64,000 nt of DNA from an uncultured Gemmatimonadales bacterium (GCA_963771275.1 CAVYSW010000009.1:256001-320000); one strand, 5' to 3'; counted from the first letter of the stretch, positions 1-9,399 are shown. Numbers and translations are program-made. Notes: generated by a model from the letters alone, not told the origin.

Positions 1-1725
1 ATCCTCCGCCGGATGCAGCGGGATCCGGCCAGAGGCGTGCCCCAGGCGGTCGCGCTCGAGGCGGCCGAGCGCGAGGGCATCAAGGGCGTAGTCGCCGGAG
101 AGATCGCGTCAGTGGGAACCGGCTACACGATCTCGGCGCGCCTGATCACAGTGGACGGCACCGTGCTGGCGACACAGCAGGAGCTGGCCCGGAACGAGGA
201 CGGGATCATCATGGCGGTGGACCGGCTGTCGCAGAACCTGCGGGAGCGCTTCGGGGAAGGCCTCCGGAGCATCCGCCGGTCCGAGCCGCTGGACCGAGCC
301 ACCACGGCCTCGCTTTCGGCGCTGCGCCTCCTCTCCCAGGGGTTCCGGGCGTCGAATCAGGGAGACGATCCGCGGGCCATGCAGTTTCTCGAGGAGGCGA
401 TCGCGCTTGACAGCACGTTCGCGATGGCGTGGCGCAAGCTGGCGATCATCCTCGGGAACGTCGGTGAGCGCCGCTCCCGCGCCGTCGAGGCGGCTACACG
501 GGCGTACGACTATCGGGACCGGCTCACCGAGCGGGAGCGGTACCTCGTGATCGCCGCGTACCACTCGGTCGTCACCGGCGACCGGGACCAGCAGATCAGC
601 GCGTACCAGACGGTGCTCGACCTCTACCCCACGGACATCATCGCGCTCAACAACCTCGGGACGATCTACTCCGCCCTGCGCGACCACACGAAGGCCGCCG
701 ATTACTACCGGCGCGCCCTCGTGGTGGACTCCACCACGCGTCTCCACTACTCCAACCTCGCCGGCGCACTGGGGCAGATGGGGCGGTTCGATTCCGCCAC
801 CGCAGTGATCGAGGGATTCGCGCGGCGGTTCCCCGGCAACCCGGAAGTGGCGATCTCGCGCATCCTTCAGGCCGCGCAGCGGAAGGACTACGACGCCGCG
901 GAACGGCTCGGCTGGGGCTTGATGGCGGAGCAGCGCGGGCGCGTCTTCTGGGAAGCCACCGCGTACGAGTGGATGGGGGCGCTGGATGCCATGCGCGGCA
1001 GAATGGCGTCGGCCGAGCGGGCGTGGGCTCGTGCACTGACGCTGACCGGCGAACGGGGTCTGGGCGGCGTCTTCCTGGCGCGCGCCGCGCGTAGCGCCGT
1101 GACCGAGCGGCTGCTGCGGGACGACCCGGCCCGCGCGCGGCGGATGCTGGACGACGCGCTGGCACGCTACCCGCTCGAGCGGTTGCTCCCGCTCGACCGG
1201 GCCTACACGGCGTTGGCGGCAGCCTACGCCGCCGCCGACGATCCCCGCCGCGCCCGCAGTTTGCTGGCCGAATACGACGCCGCGCCCGACGCCGATCACG
1301 GTCGCGACATGGAACGCACCAGGGACGGCGCGGCGGGGCTCGTGGCGCTGGCCGACGGCCGCCTGGAGGACGCGATCGTCGCCTTCCGCCGGTACGACGA
1401 CGGCAACGCCTGCGAGACGTGCGCCACCGCCTGGCTGGCGCGGGTGTACGACCGCATGGGCAACACGGACTCGGCGCGCGTGCTGTACGAGCGCCTCGTC
1501 ACGACGCCTTCAGACGCCGTGTTCGAGGACGCGGGGCACCTCGGGTACGGGTACTTGCGGCTGGGAGAGCTGTACGAGCAGCAGGGTGACCGCCGCCGGG
1601 CAGCGGAGAACTACGGGCGGCTCGTCAGTCTGTGGGACAGAGCCGACCCGGAGATGCAGGCGTGGGTGCGGCAGGCCCACGCGGCGTTGGCCCGCCTGGC
1701 CGGGGACCGGCCCGGGACGCCGTGA
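1..1725 (+). CDS. TPR-repeat protein, 5'-partial; probably the C-terminal part of a Ser/Thr kinase-TPR fusion
   Basis: Frame is open from the window edge. Multiple TPR units (EEAIALDSTFAMAWRKL, ALNNLGTIY, GYLRLGELYEQQGD); TGA at 1723-1725. Confidence 0.75.
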   Translation: MLRRMQRDPARGVPQAVALEAAEREGIKGVVAGEIASVGTGYTISARLITVDGTVLATQQELARNEDGIIMAVDRLSQNLRERFGEGLRSIRRSEPLDRATTASLSALRLLSQGFRASNQGDDPRAMQFLEEAIALDSTFAMAWRKLAIILGNVGERRSRAVEAATRAYDYRDRLTERERYLVIAAYHSVVTGDRDQQISAYQTVLDLYPTDIIALNNLGTIYSALRDHTKAADYYRRALVVDSTTRLHYSNLAGALGQMGRFDSATAVIEGFARRFPGNPEVAISRILQAAQRKDYDAAERLGWGLMAEQRGRVFWEATAYEWMGALDAMRGRMASAERAWARALTLTGERGLGGVFLARAARSAVTERLLRDDPARARRMLDDALARYPLERLLPLDRAYTALAAAYAAADDPRRARSLLAEYDAAPDADHGRDMERTRDGAAGLVALADGRLEDAIVAFRRYDDGNACETCATAWLARVYDRMGNTDSARVLYERLVTTPSDAVFEDAGHLGYGYLRLGELYEQQGDRRRAAENYGRLVSLWDRADPEMQAWVRQAHAALARLAGDRPGTP

Positions 1726-1733
1726 GGCCGCAG

Positions 1734-1765
1734 CCGGGAGCCGGCGGGCTACGTCCGGCTCCCGG
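1734..1765. terminator. GC-rich hairpin between convergent genes
   Basis: CCGGGAGCCGG, 10-nt loop, CCGGCTCCCGG; no U-tract. Confidence 0.4.
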
Positions 1766-1779
1766 GCCACGCGGCATCT

Positions 1780-2415
1780 TCAGGCCGTCTGCGCTTGCAG
1801 CTTGAACACCCCCGCCGCGAGCGCACCGCCCGCGAGGGGTCCCACCAGGTAGAGCCACGCATCCGCCAGCGATCCGCCGCCCAGCGCCACGTTGACCAGG
1901 ATCGGGCCGACGCCCACGGCCGGGTTGAACGCGCCGCCCGAGATCGGCCCGCCGGCGAAGGCGGCGACCACGATCGTGAAGCCGATGGCGAGCCCGTAGT
2001 ACGAGTTGCCCGCCGTCTTCTCCGATGTGGCGGTCTGCAGCACGACCAGGACCAGCGCGAACGTGAACAGCGCCTCGGCGAGGAACGCCCCCAGCGTCGT
2101 GCTGCCGAGTCCCGGCTCGGGCGCGAATGCGTGCCCGGCGATCACGTTGACGACGAGGGCAGCGACGATGGCGCCGGCCAGCTGGGTCACGAAGTACGCG
2201 CCGAAGTCCTTCGCGGTGAGCTTGCCGCGGAGCCACACGCCGAGCGAGACGGCGGGGTTGTAGTGACCGCCCGAGATGTGCCCGCCCATGTACACCATGA
2301 TCATGAGCGACGAGCCGATCGCGAGGGGGGCGAACTCCGTGCCACTGACTACCGTGAGCCCGACGGTGAGGACGAGGAAGAACGTGCCGATGAACTCGGT
2401 GAGCAGCTTCGCCAT
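1780..2415 (-). CDS. MIP/aquaporin family channel
   Basis: Starts MAKLLTEFIGTF; two NPA motifs (SGGHYNPAVS, SGGAFNPAVG); GGAG upstream. Confidence 0.92.
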   Translation of the reverse strand: MAKLLTEFIGTFFLVLTVGLTVVSGTEFAPLAIGSSLMIMVYMGGHISGGHYNPAVSLGVWLRGKLTAKDFGAYFVTQLAGAIVAALVVNVIAGHAFAPEPGLGSTTLGAFLAEALFTFALVLVVLQTATSEKTAGNSYYGLAIGFTIVVAAFAGGPISGGAFNPAVGVGPILVNVALGGGSLADAWLYLVGPLAGGALAAGVFKLQAQTA

Positions 2416-2444
2416 GGAATGATCTCCGTTTGAGTCCAGACAAC

Positions 2445-2825
2445 CTACGCGTCGATCTCCCAGTCCGCGGCGCGCGCCCCGGGAGGCAGCTCCGGCCGGT
2501 ACATGATGACGCGCGCCCGTTCGAGCGTGATGAGGCCGCCGCCGATCATCTCGTCCAGCAGCGGCAGGATCTCCTGGATCTTCTCCTCCGTCTCCACGCA
2601 CTCCACCACGATCGGCAGGTCGAGCGACAGCAGCTCGATGCGGTCGGTCCGCAGCCGGGCGCTGGCCCCGAAACCGAGAATCGCGCGGAACACCGTCGCG
2701 CCCGCGAAGTGCCGCTCGCGCAGCAGGTCCACGATCGCCTGGTAGAGCGGTTTCCCCTGGTACTTGTCGCGCTCGCCGAGGTGGATCCGCATCAGGGTCC
2801 GCTCGCCCTTGAATCCGTGCATCAT
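2445..2825 (-). CDS. DUF190 family (PII-like) protein, CrcB-associated
   Basis: GKPLYQAIV, AGATVFRAILGFG, LSLDLPIVVE, GGLITLE; directly downstream of crcB. Confidence 0.9.
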   Translation of the reverse strand: MMHGFKGERTLMRIHLGERDKYQGKPLYQAIVDLLRERHFAGATVFRAILGFGASARLRTDRIELLSLDLPIVVECVETEEKIQEILPLLDEMIGGGLITLERARVIMYRPELPPGARAADWEIDA

Positions 2826-2837
2826 TTGCCCCCTCCC

Positions 2838-3215
2838 TCAGGCCGCCAGCAGGCGGCGCGCGGCGTCGAAGCCGGCGAGCATGGCGGCGAGCGACAGCAG
2901 GACGCTCGCCAGGACGTAGATGGCGACCCGGCGATAATCCCCGTCCTGCAGCAGGGTCGCGGTCTCGTAGCTGAACGTGGAGAACGTGGTGTAGCCGGCG
3001 CAAAACCCGGTGGTGAGCAGCGCCCGCAGCTCGGGCGAGATCGCCGGCGTCGCCAAGGCGTACCGCATCAGGAACCCGAGGAGCAGCGACCCGGTGACAT
3101 TGACCACCAGCGTGCCGACCGGGAAGTCCACGGCGGCCCGCTGCTGGATGAACGTGCCGAGCAGGTAGCGGGTCGCGCCACCCAGCGCACTGCCCACCGC
3201 GACGTACCAGATCAT
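2838..3215 (-). CDS. crcB: Fluoride efflux channel Fluc/CrcB
   Basis: GSALGGATRY, FPVGTLVVNVTGS and TTGFCAGYTTFSTF signatures. Confidence 0.95.
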   Translation of the reverse strand: MIWYVAVGSALGGATRYLLGTFIQQRAAVDFPVGTLVVNVTGSLLLGFLMRYALATPAISPELRALLTTGFCAGYTTFSTFSYETATLLQDGDYRRVAIYVLASVLLSLAAMLAGFDAARRLLAA

Positions 3216-3261
3216 CGAGCTGCCCTCCGCACGGCACCGTCCCTGAGTCAAGGTGTCGGAC

Positions 3262-3290
3262 GGAATAGCACCCACCTGCGTCCCGGTCAA
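3262..3290 (-). promoter_or_regulatory. Putative sigma70 promoter of crcB-DUF190-aquaporin
   Basis: TTGACC, 17 nt, TATTCC with a TG extension on the minus strand. Confidence 0.5.
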
Positions 3291-3337
3291 GGGACGCTCG
3301 TGGTTGCACGATGGGGCCTGCCTGCCGAATATCCGGT

Positions 3338-5137
3338 GTGCCCGAGCCAGCCCGGTCCACCTCGGAACTGCTCCTCACCCGACCGGCGCGTGCGCTGCAG
3401 GAATCCGCCCGCGCCGTCTCCGGCACCCTGACCGCGATGGGGAGCGACGAGCACACCCAGCTCCTCGTCCTGGCGGTGGTGATCGGCACGGCGTCCGGCG
3501 CCGCCGTCATCGTCTTCTACAAGGCGATCGACCTGATTCAGGGCCTGGTGCTGCACAGCGCGCTGCGCATGCCGATCCCCGCCCCCCTGCTGATCCCGCT
3601 GTTCGTGGCGCTCGGCCTGATGGCCTGCCGCGCGCTCGTCCGCTGGGGCGCCAACGGCTCGCCCGGAGAGAACATCCCCGACGTGATGTACCGGGTGACG
3701 GTCAAGGGCGGGGTGATCCGCTCGATCCCCGTGCTGGTCAAGACCCTCGCGGCCGCGGTCGTGATCGGCACCGGCGGCTCGGTCGGGGCCGAGGGCCCGG
3801 TCGTCGTGCTCGGTGCCGCGGCGGGGTCGCGCATCGGCCGGTGGCTCCGCGCCTCGCCCAACCGCCTGCGGACCCTGGTGGGCTGCGGCGCCGCCGCCGG
3901 CATCTCCGCCGCGTTCAACGCGCCCATCGCGGGCGTGCTGTTCGGCATCGAGAAGATCCTCGGCGCGGCCGGCGGCATGGCACTGGGACCGTTCGTGGTC
4001 GCCTCCATCCTCGCCGCCACGGTCGGCCGCAGCGTGTTCGGCAACCACCCGGTGATGGCGCTCCCCACGGAGTTCGGCGTGGGCGCCCCCTGGGAGCTGC
4101 TGCTGTACGTCGGTCTCGGCGTGCTCACGGGCGTCGTGTCGGTGCTGTACTCGCGCAGCGTGTGGCGGGCCCAGGACCTGTTCGCCCGGCTGCGCGCGCG
4201 CTGGTTGCAGGTCGCGCTGGGCGCGGCGGTGATCGGAGGACTCGACATTGCGTTCCGGAGCGATCTGTGGGGCCAGGGCCACGAGAGCCTCGACATCGGC
4301 ATCGTGGCGACCCGCAGCGCGTTGTTCCTGCTCGCGCTGGCGGGCGCCAAGCTGGTGGCCACGGCCGCGACGTTCGGCGCGGGTGGCGCCGGCGGCGTGT
4401 TCACGCCCGCGCTGTTCATCGGCGCGACCCTGGGCGGCGCGTACGGCGTCGCGATGCACGGCGTGATCCCGAACGCCGACTTCGCGCCGGGCGCGCTCGC
4501 CCTAGTGGGGATGGCAGGCCTGGTGGCGGGATCCACCCATGCGCCACTCACCGCGATCATGATGGTGTTCGAGATGACCGGGGACTACGGCCTGATCCTC
4601 CCGCTGATGCTCACCAGCGTCCTCGCGTACGGCATCGCCCGCCGGCTCCATCCCGAGTCGATCTACACCGAATGGCTGGTGCGCCGCGGCGTGGTGCTGT
4701 CGAACGGCGCGGACGCCGCCGTGCTGGCGCGCCTCCCCGTGCAGGAGTGCATCAACCGGCAGCCGCTGGTGATTCCGGAAGCCGCCGACCTTCCGGCGAT
4801 CGTGCAGCGGATCGGCGAGAGCCGGCAGACCGACTTCCCGGTGGTGGACGACGGCGGCCGCCTCGTCGGCATGCTGTCCCACGCGACGGTCCGCGAGGCG
4901 ATGGAGGGCCGCGACCAGCTCGGCGGGATTCTGCTCGCGGCCGACCTCGCCCTTCCGGACGCGGAGCCCGTCACCGCGGAGGACACGCTGCTCACCGCGC
5001 TCCGCCGGCTCGGCAAGCGGGACGTCAACGTCTTGCCCGTGGTCGTGGCCGGCGACCGCGAGCGGCTCGACGGCACCGTGAGCCGGCAGGACCTGATGGC
5101 CGCGTACGAGCGGGCGCTGACCTCGGAGGGACATTGA
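3338..5137 (+). CDS. ClC chloride channel/antiporter with C-terminal CBS pair (start uncertain: 3311, 3338 or 3437)
   Basis: GSVGAEGP, GAAAGISAAFNAPIAG, GGVFTP, SIYT motifs; CBS domains (FPVVDDGGRLVGMLS). Confidence 0.92.
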   Translation: MPEPARSTSELLLTRPARALQESARAVSGTLTAMGSDEHTQLLVLAVVIGTASGAAVIVFYKAIDLIQGLVLHSALRMPIPAPLLIPLFVALGLMACRALVRWGANGSPGENIPDVMYRVTVKGGVIRSIPVLVKTLAAAVVIGTGGSVGAEGPVVVLGAAAGSRIGRWLRASPNRLRTLVGCGAAAGISAAFNAPIAGVLFGIEKILGAAGGMALGPFVVASILAATVGRSVFGNHPVMALPTEFGVGAPWELLLYVGLGVLTGVVSVLYSRSVWRAQDLFARLRARWLQVALGAAVIGGLDIAFRSDLWGQGHESLDIGIVATRSALFLLALAGAKLVATAATFGAGGAGGVFTPALFIGATLGGAYGVAMHGVIPNADFAPGALALVGMAGLVAGSTHAPLTAIMMVFEMTGDYGLILPLMLTSVLAYGIARRLHPESIYTEWLVRRGVVLSNGADAAVLARLPVQECINRQPLVIPEAADLPAIVQRIGESRQTDFPVVDDGGRLVGMLSHATVREAMEGRDQLGGILLAADLALPDAEPVTAEDTLLTALRRLGKRDVNVLPVVVAGDRERLDGTVSRQDLMAAYERALTSEGH

Positions 5138-6366
5138 CCTGCCACACCGTTTTCGCCGCCGTGGCGCTCGCGACGGCGCTGTTCCAAGCCGCCTGCGCCG
5201 AGGATCCGCTCGACCGGCCACGCGCCCTCTACGCCGAGAACAAGCTCGCCGAGGCGTACCCGCTGTTCGCGGCCGTTGCGGCGAAGAGCCCGCGCGACGC
5301 GGACGCCCACGCCTGGCTGGCTGAGACGGCCCGGAGAACCGGCCGGTACCACGAAGCGGATGACGCGGCGCGCGCGGCCCTTGCGATCGACTCGTGCAAC
5401 GCCTTTGCCCTCACCGTGCTCGCCTACCTCTACCAGCCGATCTACAGCGGCTGGGAACCCGCGAGCGCCGACTCATCCTGGCACTACTACCGACGGGCGG
5501 TGACCTGCGACCCGGGGGACGGCAACGCGTGGGTGGGGCTGTGGATGGAAGCGTTGCGCCGCGGCGAGCAGGCGTGGGAGACACGGGCGCTCACGAGTCT
5601 GGACACGAGCGGGTTCCTCACGCCGCCGGTGCTCGCGTACAACCGGTGGGTGCTCCGGGAGCTCCCGCCGCGCGCCCTCCTGGTCACCAGCGGCGACTGG
5701 GACACGTACCCGGCGCTCGCGCTGCAGGTCGTGGAACGGCTCAGGCCGGACGTCGGCATCGCGAACCTCGCGCTGCTCAACCTGCCGTGGTACGTCCGGC
5801 TGGTGAGCGAGCGGTACGGCCTGCGGCCGTTCGCGGATTCGGTGCTCGACCGGCTGCAAGCGTCGGGGCACCTGGCGGACAGTGTCGTGCAGGTCTGGCG
5901 CACGTGGAGTCTCACCGGACACCTCGAGCGACCGCTCGCCGCGGCGACCACCGTGGGGTCGGCGTTGGAGCACGGGGGACCGGGAACGTTGCAGGACGCC
6001 GGCCCGTATCAGCTCCTCACATCCGACACCGCCGCGGCGGACACGTCCGCCATGCGGCGCGCGCTCACCGACGTCAAGGCCGGCGATTTCGCCGGGCCGG
6101 AGGTCAGTCCGGCCGACCGCAGCGCCATCCGCGTGAGCGCCGCCGGCCGCCACGCGCTCGCCACGGCCGTCGTGTGGACGGCGCTGCGCTACTCGGCGGC
6201 CATGCTCGACGCCGGGAACGGGGCCGAGGCCACACGCGCGCTCGACTGGGCCGACGCGTTCGTCAAGGACGCGGGCCTCGGCCAGGAGCAGCGCGAGATG
6301 GTGCAGCGCTGGAGGGCCCGCGCGGCCGGAGCGGCGGGCGACAGCGTGCCGGGGACCGGGCGCTAG
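5134..6366 (+). CDS. Secreted or lipoprotein TPR protein with a DUF2723/TMEM260-like C-terminal domain
   Basis: TTG start overlaps the ClC stop (TTGA); signal ending FQAAC; TPRs; LPPRALLVTSGDWDTYP...LRPDVGIANLALL. Confidence 0.6.
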   Translation: MTCHTVFAAVALATALFQAACAEDPLDRPRALYAENKLAEAYPLFAAVAAKSPRDADAHAWLAETARRTGRYHEADDAARAALAIDSCNAFALTVLAYLYQPIYSGWEPASADSSWHYYRRAVTCDPGDGNAWVGLWMEALRRGEQAWETRALTSLDTSGFLTPPVLAYNRWVLRELPPRALLVTSGDWDTYPALALQVVERLRPDVGIANLALLNLPWYVRLVSERYGLRPFADSVLDRLQASGHLADSVVQVWRTWSLTGHLERPLAAATTVGSALEHGGPGTLQDAGPYQLLTSDTAAADTSAMRRALTDVKAGDFAGPEVSPADRSAIRVSAAGRHALATAVVWTALRYSAAMLDAGNGAEATRALDWADAFVKDAGLGQEQREMVQRWRARAAGAAGDSVPGTGR

Positions 6367-6384
6367 GAACACCCGCGGGGCGGA

Positions 6385-7171
6385 TCACCGGCCACGCTGG
6401 GCCGCGGGCCGGTGTGCGGCGAGTCGCCCCGGGTAGTCCGTCACGATCCCCGACACGCCGCGCGACCAGAGCCGGCCGGCCGCTGGTGCGTCGTTCACCG
6501 TCCAGACGTGGACGGGGCAGCCCGCCGCGTGGGCCATGCGGACCAGCCGCCGCGTCACCACCGGGAGGCCGTGCCACCGCTCCGGCACCGCGAGGAGATC
6601 GCAGACGCCGGCATCGAGCGGCAGGCCCACCAGCGCGGCCGCCCACAGCCGCGCCGTGTCTGCCCGCGTAGCCGCGCGCCTGAACGGCGGACGCGGAAAC
6701 GACTCCAGCGCAGCGCGATGAAACGACGCGACCACGCACCGGCCGATCGCGTCCCGCTCTTCCAGCAGCCGCCGCACCGTGGGGGCGGCGGCCGGCGTCT
6801 TCAGCTCCAGCAGCAGCGGCGTGGCCGGCAACGCATCGAGCACCTCGGCGAGCGTCGGGACGCGGAGCCCGCGGCCCCGCCACGGGAACGCGTGGCCGTC
6901 CGGCGTAAAGCGATGCCCGGCGTCCGCCTGCCGCACGATCTCAAGCGGGAGGCGCGCCACAGAACCCGCTCGGTCGGTGGTGCGGTCGAGCGCGGGATCG
7001 TGGAGTACCACGGGCACGCCGTCCGCGGTCACCCGGAGGTCGAGCTCCAGGCGCGTCGGCGCCCTGCGCGAGCGCCAGCTCGAATCCCGCGATGGTGTTC
7101 TCCGGCGCCTCGCCCGCCGCACCGCGATGCCCGATCACGAGCCGGCGCGCGGGATCGAGCAGTGGGTTCAC
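6385..7171 (-). pseudogene. Glycerophosphodiester phosphodiesterase with a +1 frameshift near 7051
   Basis: IGHRGAAGEAPENTIAGF..GADA in one frame continues as LELDLRVTADGVPVVLHD..WTVND..GIVTDYP in another; extra C in GCG-C-CTG; GTG start overlaps the upstream TGA. Confidence 0.8.
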
Positions 7172-8121
7172 GAGAGGGTGGGTCCCGGCAGCCTCACGGG
7201 CGGCAGCGCCGCCGCGATCGCGCCGCGCTCCGGCTCGAGCCATGGCGGCAGCACGAGCTGCTCGCCCAGGTGGGCCGGATCCTCGTCCACGGCGAATCCG
7301 GGGCCGTCGGTCGCGAGCTCGAACAGCACGCCGCCCGGCTCCCGGAAGTAGACCGACCGGAACCAGAACCGGTCGATCACGGGGGTCGGCTGGAGCCCCG
7401 CCGCCTGGACGCGCGCCCGCACCGTACGCTGCGTGGCCTCGTCCGCCACGCGGAAGGCGATGTGGTGCACCACCCCGGTACCCATGCGGCCGTGCGGCCC
7501 CTCCGGCGCCGCGCGCACGTCGAGCACCCTTCCCGACCCCCCGCTCTCCACTCCGTAGCGCCGCCAGCCGCCCTCATCCCCGAGCACGGTGAAGCCGAGC
7601 ACGTCCTGCAGCACGCCGGCGGTGTCGTCGAGTGCGTGCTCCAGCAGGCGGACGCCGTGCAGGCCCCGGATCTGGATCTCCGCCGGCACGGACCCCGCAT
7701 CCCACGGCGTGAAGTCGCGCGCGTCGGCCGTCTCAACGAGCGCGAGCGCCAACCCGTGCGGGTCCGTGAACGGCAGCGCCCGCTCGCCGAACCGCTCGAC
7801 GGCCGCCGCCGGCGTCCGGCCCGCGCGCTGCAGCCGATCGGTCCAGAGCTCCAGGGTACCGCGCGGCACCGCGAGCGCCACCTCGGTGGTGAGCCCCGTG
7901 CCCGCGCGGCCGCCGGGAAGGCGCGGCCACGGAAAGAACGTGAGGTCGCTCCCCGGGTGGCCCTCGGCGTCGGCGTAGAAGAAGTGATAGGTGCCGGGAT
8001 CGTCCTGATTGACGCTGCGCTTCACGAGCCGCATCCCCAGCACGCCGACGTAGAAGTCGAGATTCTGCTGGGGATCGGCGGCGATCGCCGTGACGTGGTG
8101 GATGCCGTGGACGTCGGTCAT
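7168..8121 (-). CDS. Ring-cleaving dioxygenase, VOC/glyoxalase family (MhqA/MhqO-like)
   Basis: GIHHVTAI, VKRSVNQDDPGTYHFFY, VHHIAFRV, DRFWFRSVYFREPGGVLFELATD. Confidence 0.92.
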   Translation of the reverse strand: MTDVHGIHHVTAIAADPQQNLDFYVGVLGMRLVKRSVNQDDPGTYHFFYADAEGHPGSDLTFFPWPRLPGGRAGTGLTTEVALAVPRGTLELWTDRLQRAGRTPAAAVERFGERALPFTDPHGLALALVETADARDFTPWDAGSVPAEIQIRGLHGVRLLEHALDDTAGVLQDVLGFTVLGDEGGWRRYGVESGGSGRVLDVRAAPEGPHGRMGTGVVHHIAFRVADEATQRTVRARVQAAGLQPTPVIDRFWFRSVYFREPGGVLFELATDGPGFAVDEDPAHLGEQLVLPPWLEPERGAIAAALPPVRLPGPTLS

Positions 8122-8264
8122 ACCCGGAACGTACCGACGGCCGGGAGAATCGTACAGCGGGGTCCGGGCAGGCTGCGGTGTTCCGGCACGGTCTGCCGCG
8201 TTGCGGAACTCGGCCGGCCGAGCGTATGCTGCATCGTGGGACCGGCTGGAGCCTGGAGATCCTC

Positions 8265-8465
8265 ATGCCGGTCACGGCAAAGCTGTCGCGCAAGTTCTAC
8301 GACGCCCTGGGTGATGACGAGGCAAAGCTCGAGGCGAGGATCGGGAGCGTCGCCGCGGACCTGCATGCGGTCCTGGAACGCCGGCTCGCCAAGCAGACGC
8401 GGTGGTTCTTCGTGGCGTGGGCGAGCCTGCTCATCCCGATCGTCGGGTTGTGGTTCCGGGGGTAG
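8265..8465 (+). CDS. Small coiled-coil protein with C-terminal TM helix (CCDC90/DUF1640-like), possibly internally deleted
   Basis: GGAG RBS; MPVTAKLSRKFYDALGDD...QTRWFFVAWASLLIPIVGLW. Confidence 0.6.
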   Translation: MPVTAKLSRKFYDALGDDEAKLEARIGSVAADLHAVLERRLAKQTRWFFVAWASLLIPIVGLWFRG

Positions 8466-8562
8466 GCCGCCGGAGCCGCCGGCCGCGGCACCGATCCACG
8501 CGCGTCGACGCGCCGGGACGTTTCGAGGAACACCCCCGGCGGCCACCTGCCCGCCGTGCCGC

Positions 8563-9312
8563 CTACTGCATCGCCCGGATCCGGACCTCGATTCCCGCCT
8601 CGCCCTTGAGCAGCTTGACCAGCTCGTTCGTGTCGGTGGTGCCGTAGTGGTACGGATAGAGAATGCGTGGACGAAACGCCGTGGCCGCATCCGCCACCAT
8701 CGCCGGCGTCATCGTGTAGGGCAGGTTCATCGGCAGGAACGCGACGTCGATGTTCTCGAGCGCTTTCATCTCCGGTGTGTTCTCGGTGTCGCCGGCGATG
8801 TAGACCCGCTTGTCGCCGAAGGTGAGCACGTAGCCGTTGCCGTTCCCCTTCGGGTGATACGGCTCGCCGTTCGGCCGGCGGTGCGTCAGGTTGTAGGCGG
8901 GAACCGCCTCGATCCGGATGCCGGCCTCCGTGCGGCTGTCGCCGTTTGCCATGACGACCGCGCCCTCGAGTCTGCCGGCGCAGGAACGGGAGACGATGAC
9001 GCGCGTCTCACCCGTTCTGATCGCCGCGATCGCCGTGGGATCGAGATGGTCGCCGTGCTCGTGGGTGACGAGGATGAGGTCCGCCTTGGGCATCTTGCCG
9101 TAGTCCGCCTCGCGGCCGACCGGATCCACGTGGATCACCTTGCCGGCGAACCGGAACATCAGCGTGCCGTGCCCCACGAAGCCGATCGCGAGCGGGCCCG
9201 CGGCGGTCGGGATCGTATCTTCGGCCCACGGAGCCTGCGCGTGGGCGCCAGTGGTCATGCCGACCTCCAGCAGGACCGCGAGGAACGGAAGCAGCGCACA
9301 GAACCCATGCAT
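8563..9312 (-). CDS. Secreted MBL-fold metallo-hydrolase
   Basis: THEHGDH, IAGDT, PYHYG motifs; signal peptide. Confidence 0.9.
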   Translation of the reverse strand: MHGFCALLPFLAVLLEVGMTTGAHAQAPWAEDTIPTAAGPLAIGFVGHGTLMFRFAGKVIHVDPVGREADYGKMPKADLILVTHEHGDHLDPTAIAAIRTGETRVIVSRSCAGRLEGAVVMANGDSRTEAGIRIEAVPAYNLTHRRPNGEPYHPKGNGNGYVLTFGDKRVYIAGDTENTPEMKALENIDVAFLPMNLPYTMTPAMVADAATAFRPRILYPYHYGTTDTNELVKLLKGEAGIEVRIRAMQ

Positions 9313-9371
9313 CGGTCACCACCAGAAATGTCCCATCCCAATATCCCATGGCCAATACCGGACTGGCAACC

Positions 9372-9399
9372 GTCATCGGCCATCGGCTATCGGCTATCG
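9372..9399. repeat. 7-bp-period tandem repeat, (GCTATCG)x4 degenerate
   Basis: GTCATCG GCCATCG GCTATCG GCTATCG; supplies the kinase stop codon. Confidence 0.7.

Noticed and set aside
3216..3440. Fluoride (crcB) riboswitch upstream of crcB or ClC
   Set aside because: Only a partial GATGGGG resemblance at ~3310. The paired stem and downstream GCTGATGAC-type segment are not visible on either strand; a covariance search would be needed.
3253..5133. Fusion of an upstream region with the TPR protein (1037-aa ORF)
   Set aside because: Alternative frame of the ClC gene; the likely real start is the TTG at 5134.
7045..7060. Programmed ribosomal frameshift in GDPD
   Set aside because: No slippery heptamer or known precedent; mutation or sequencing error is simpler.
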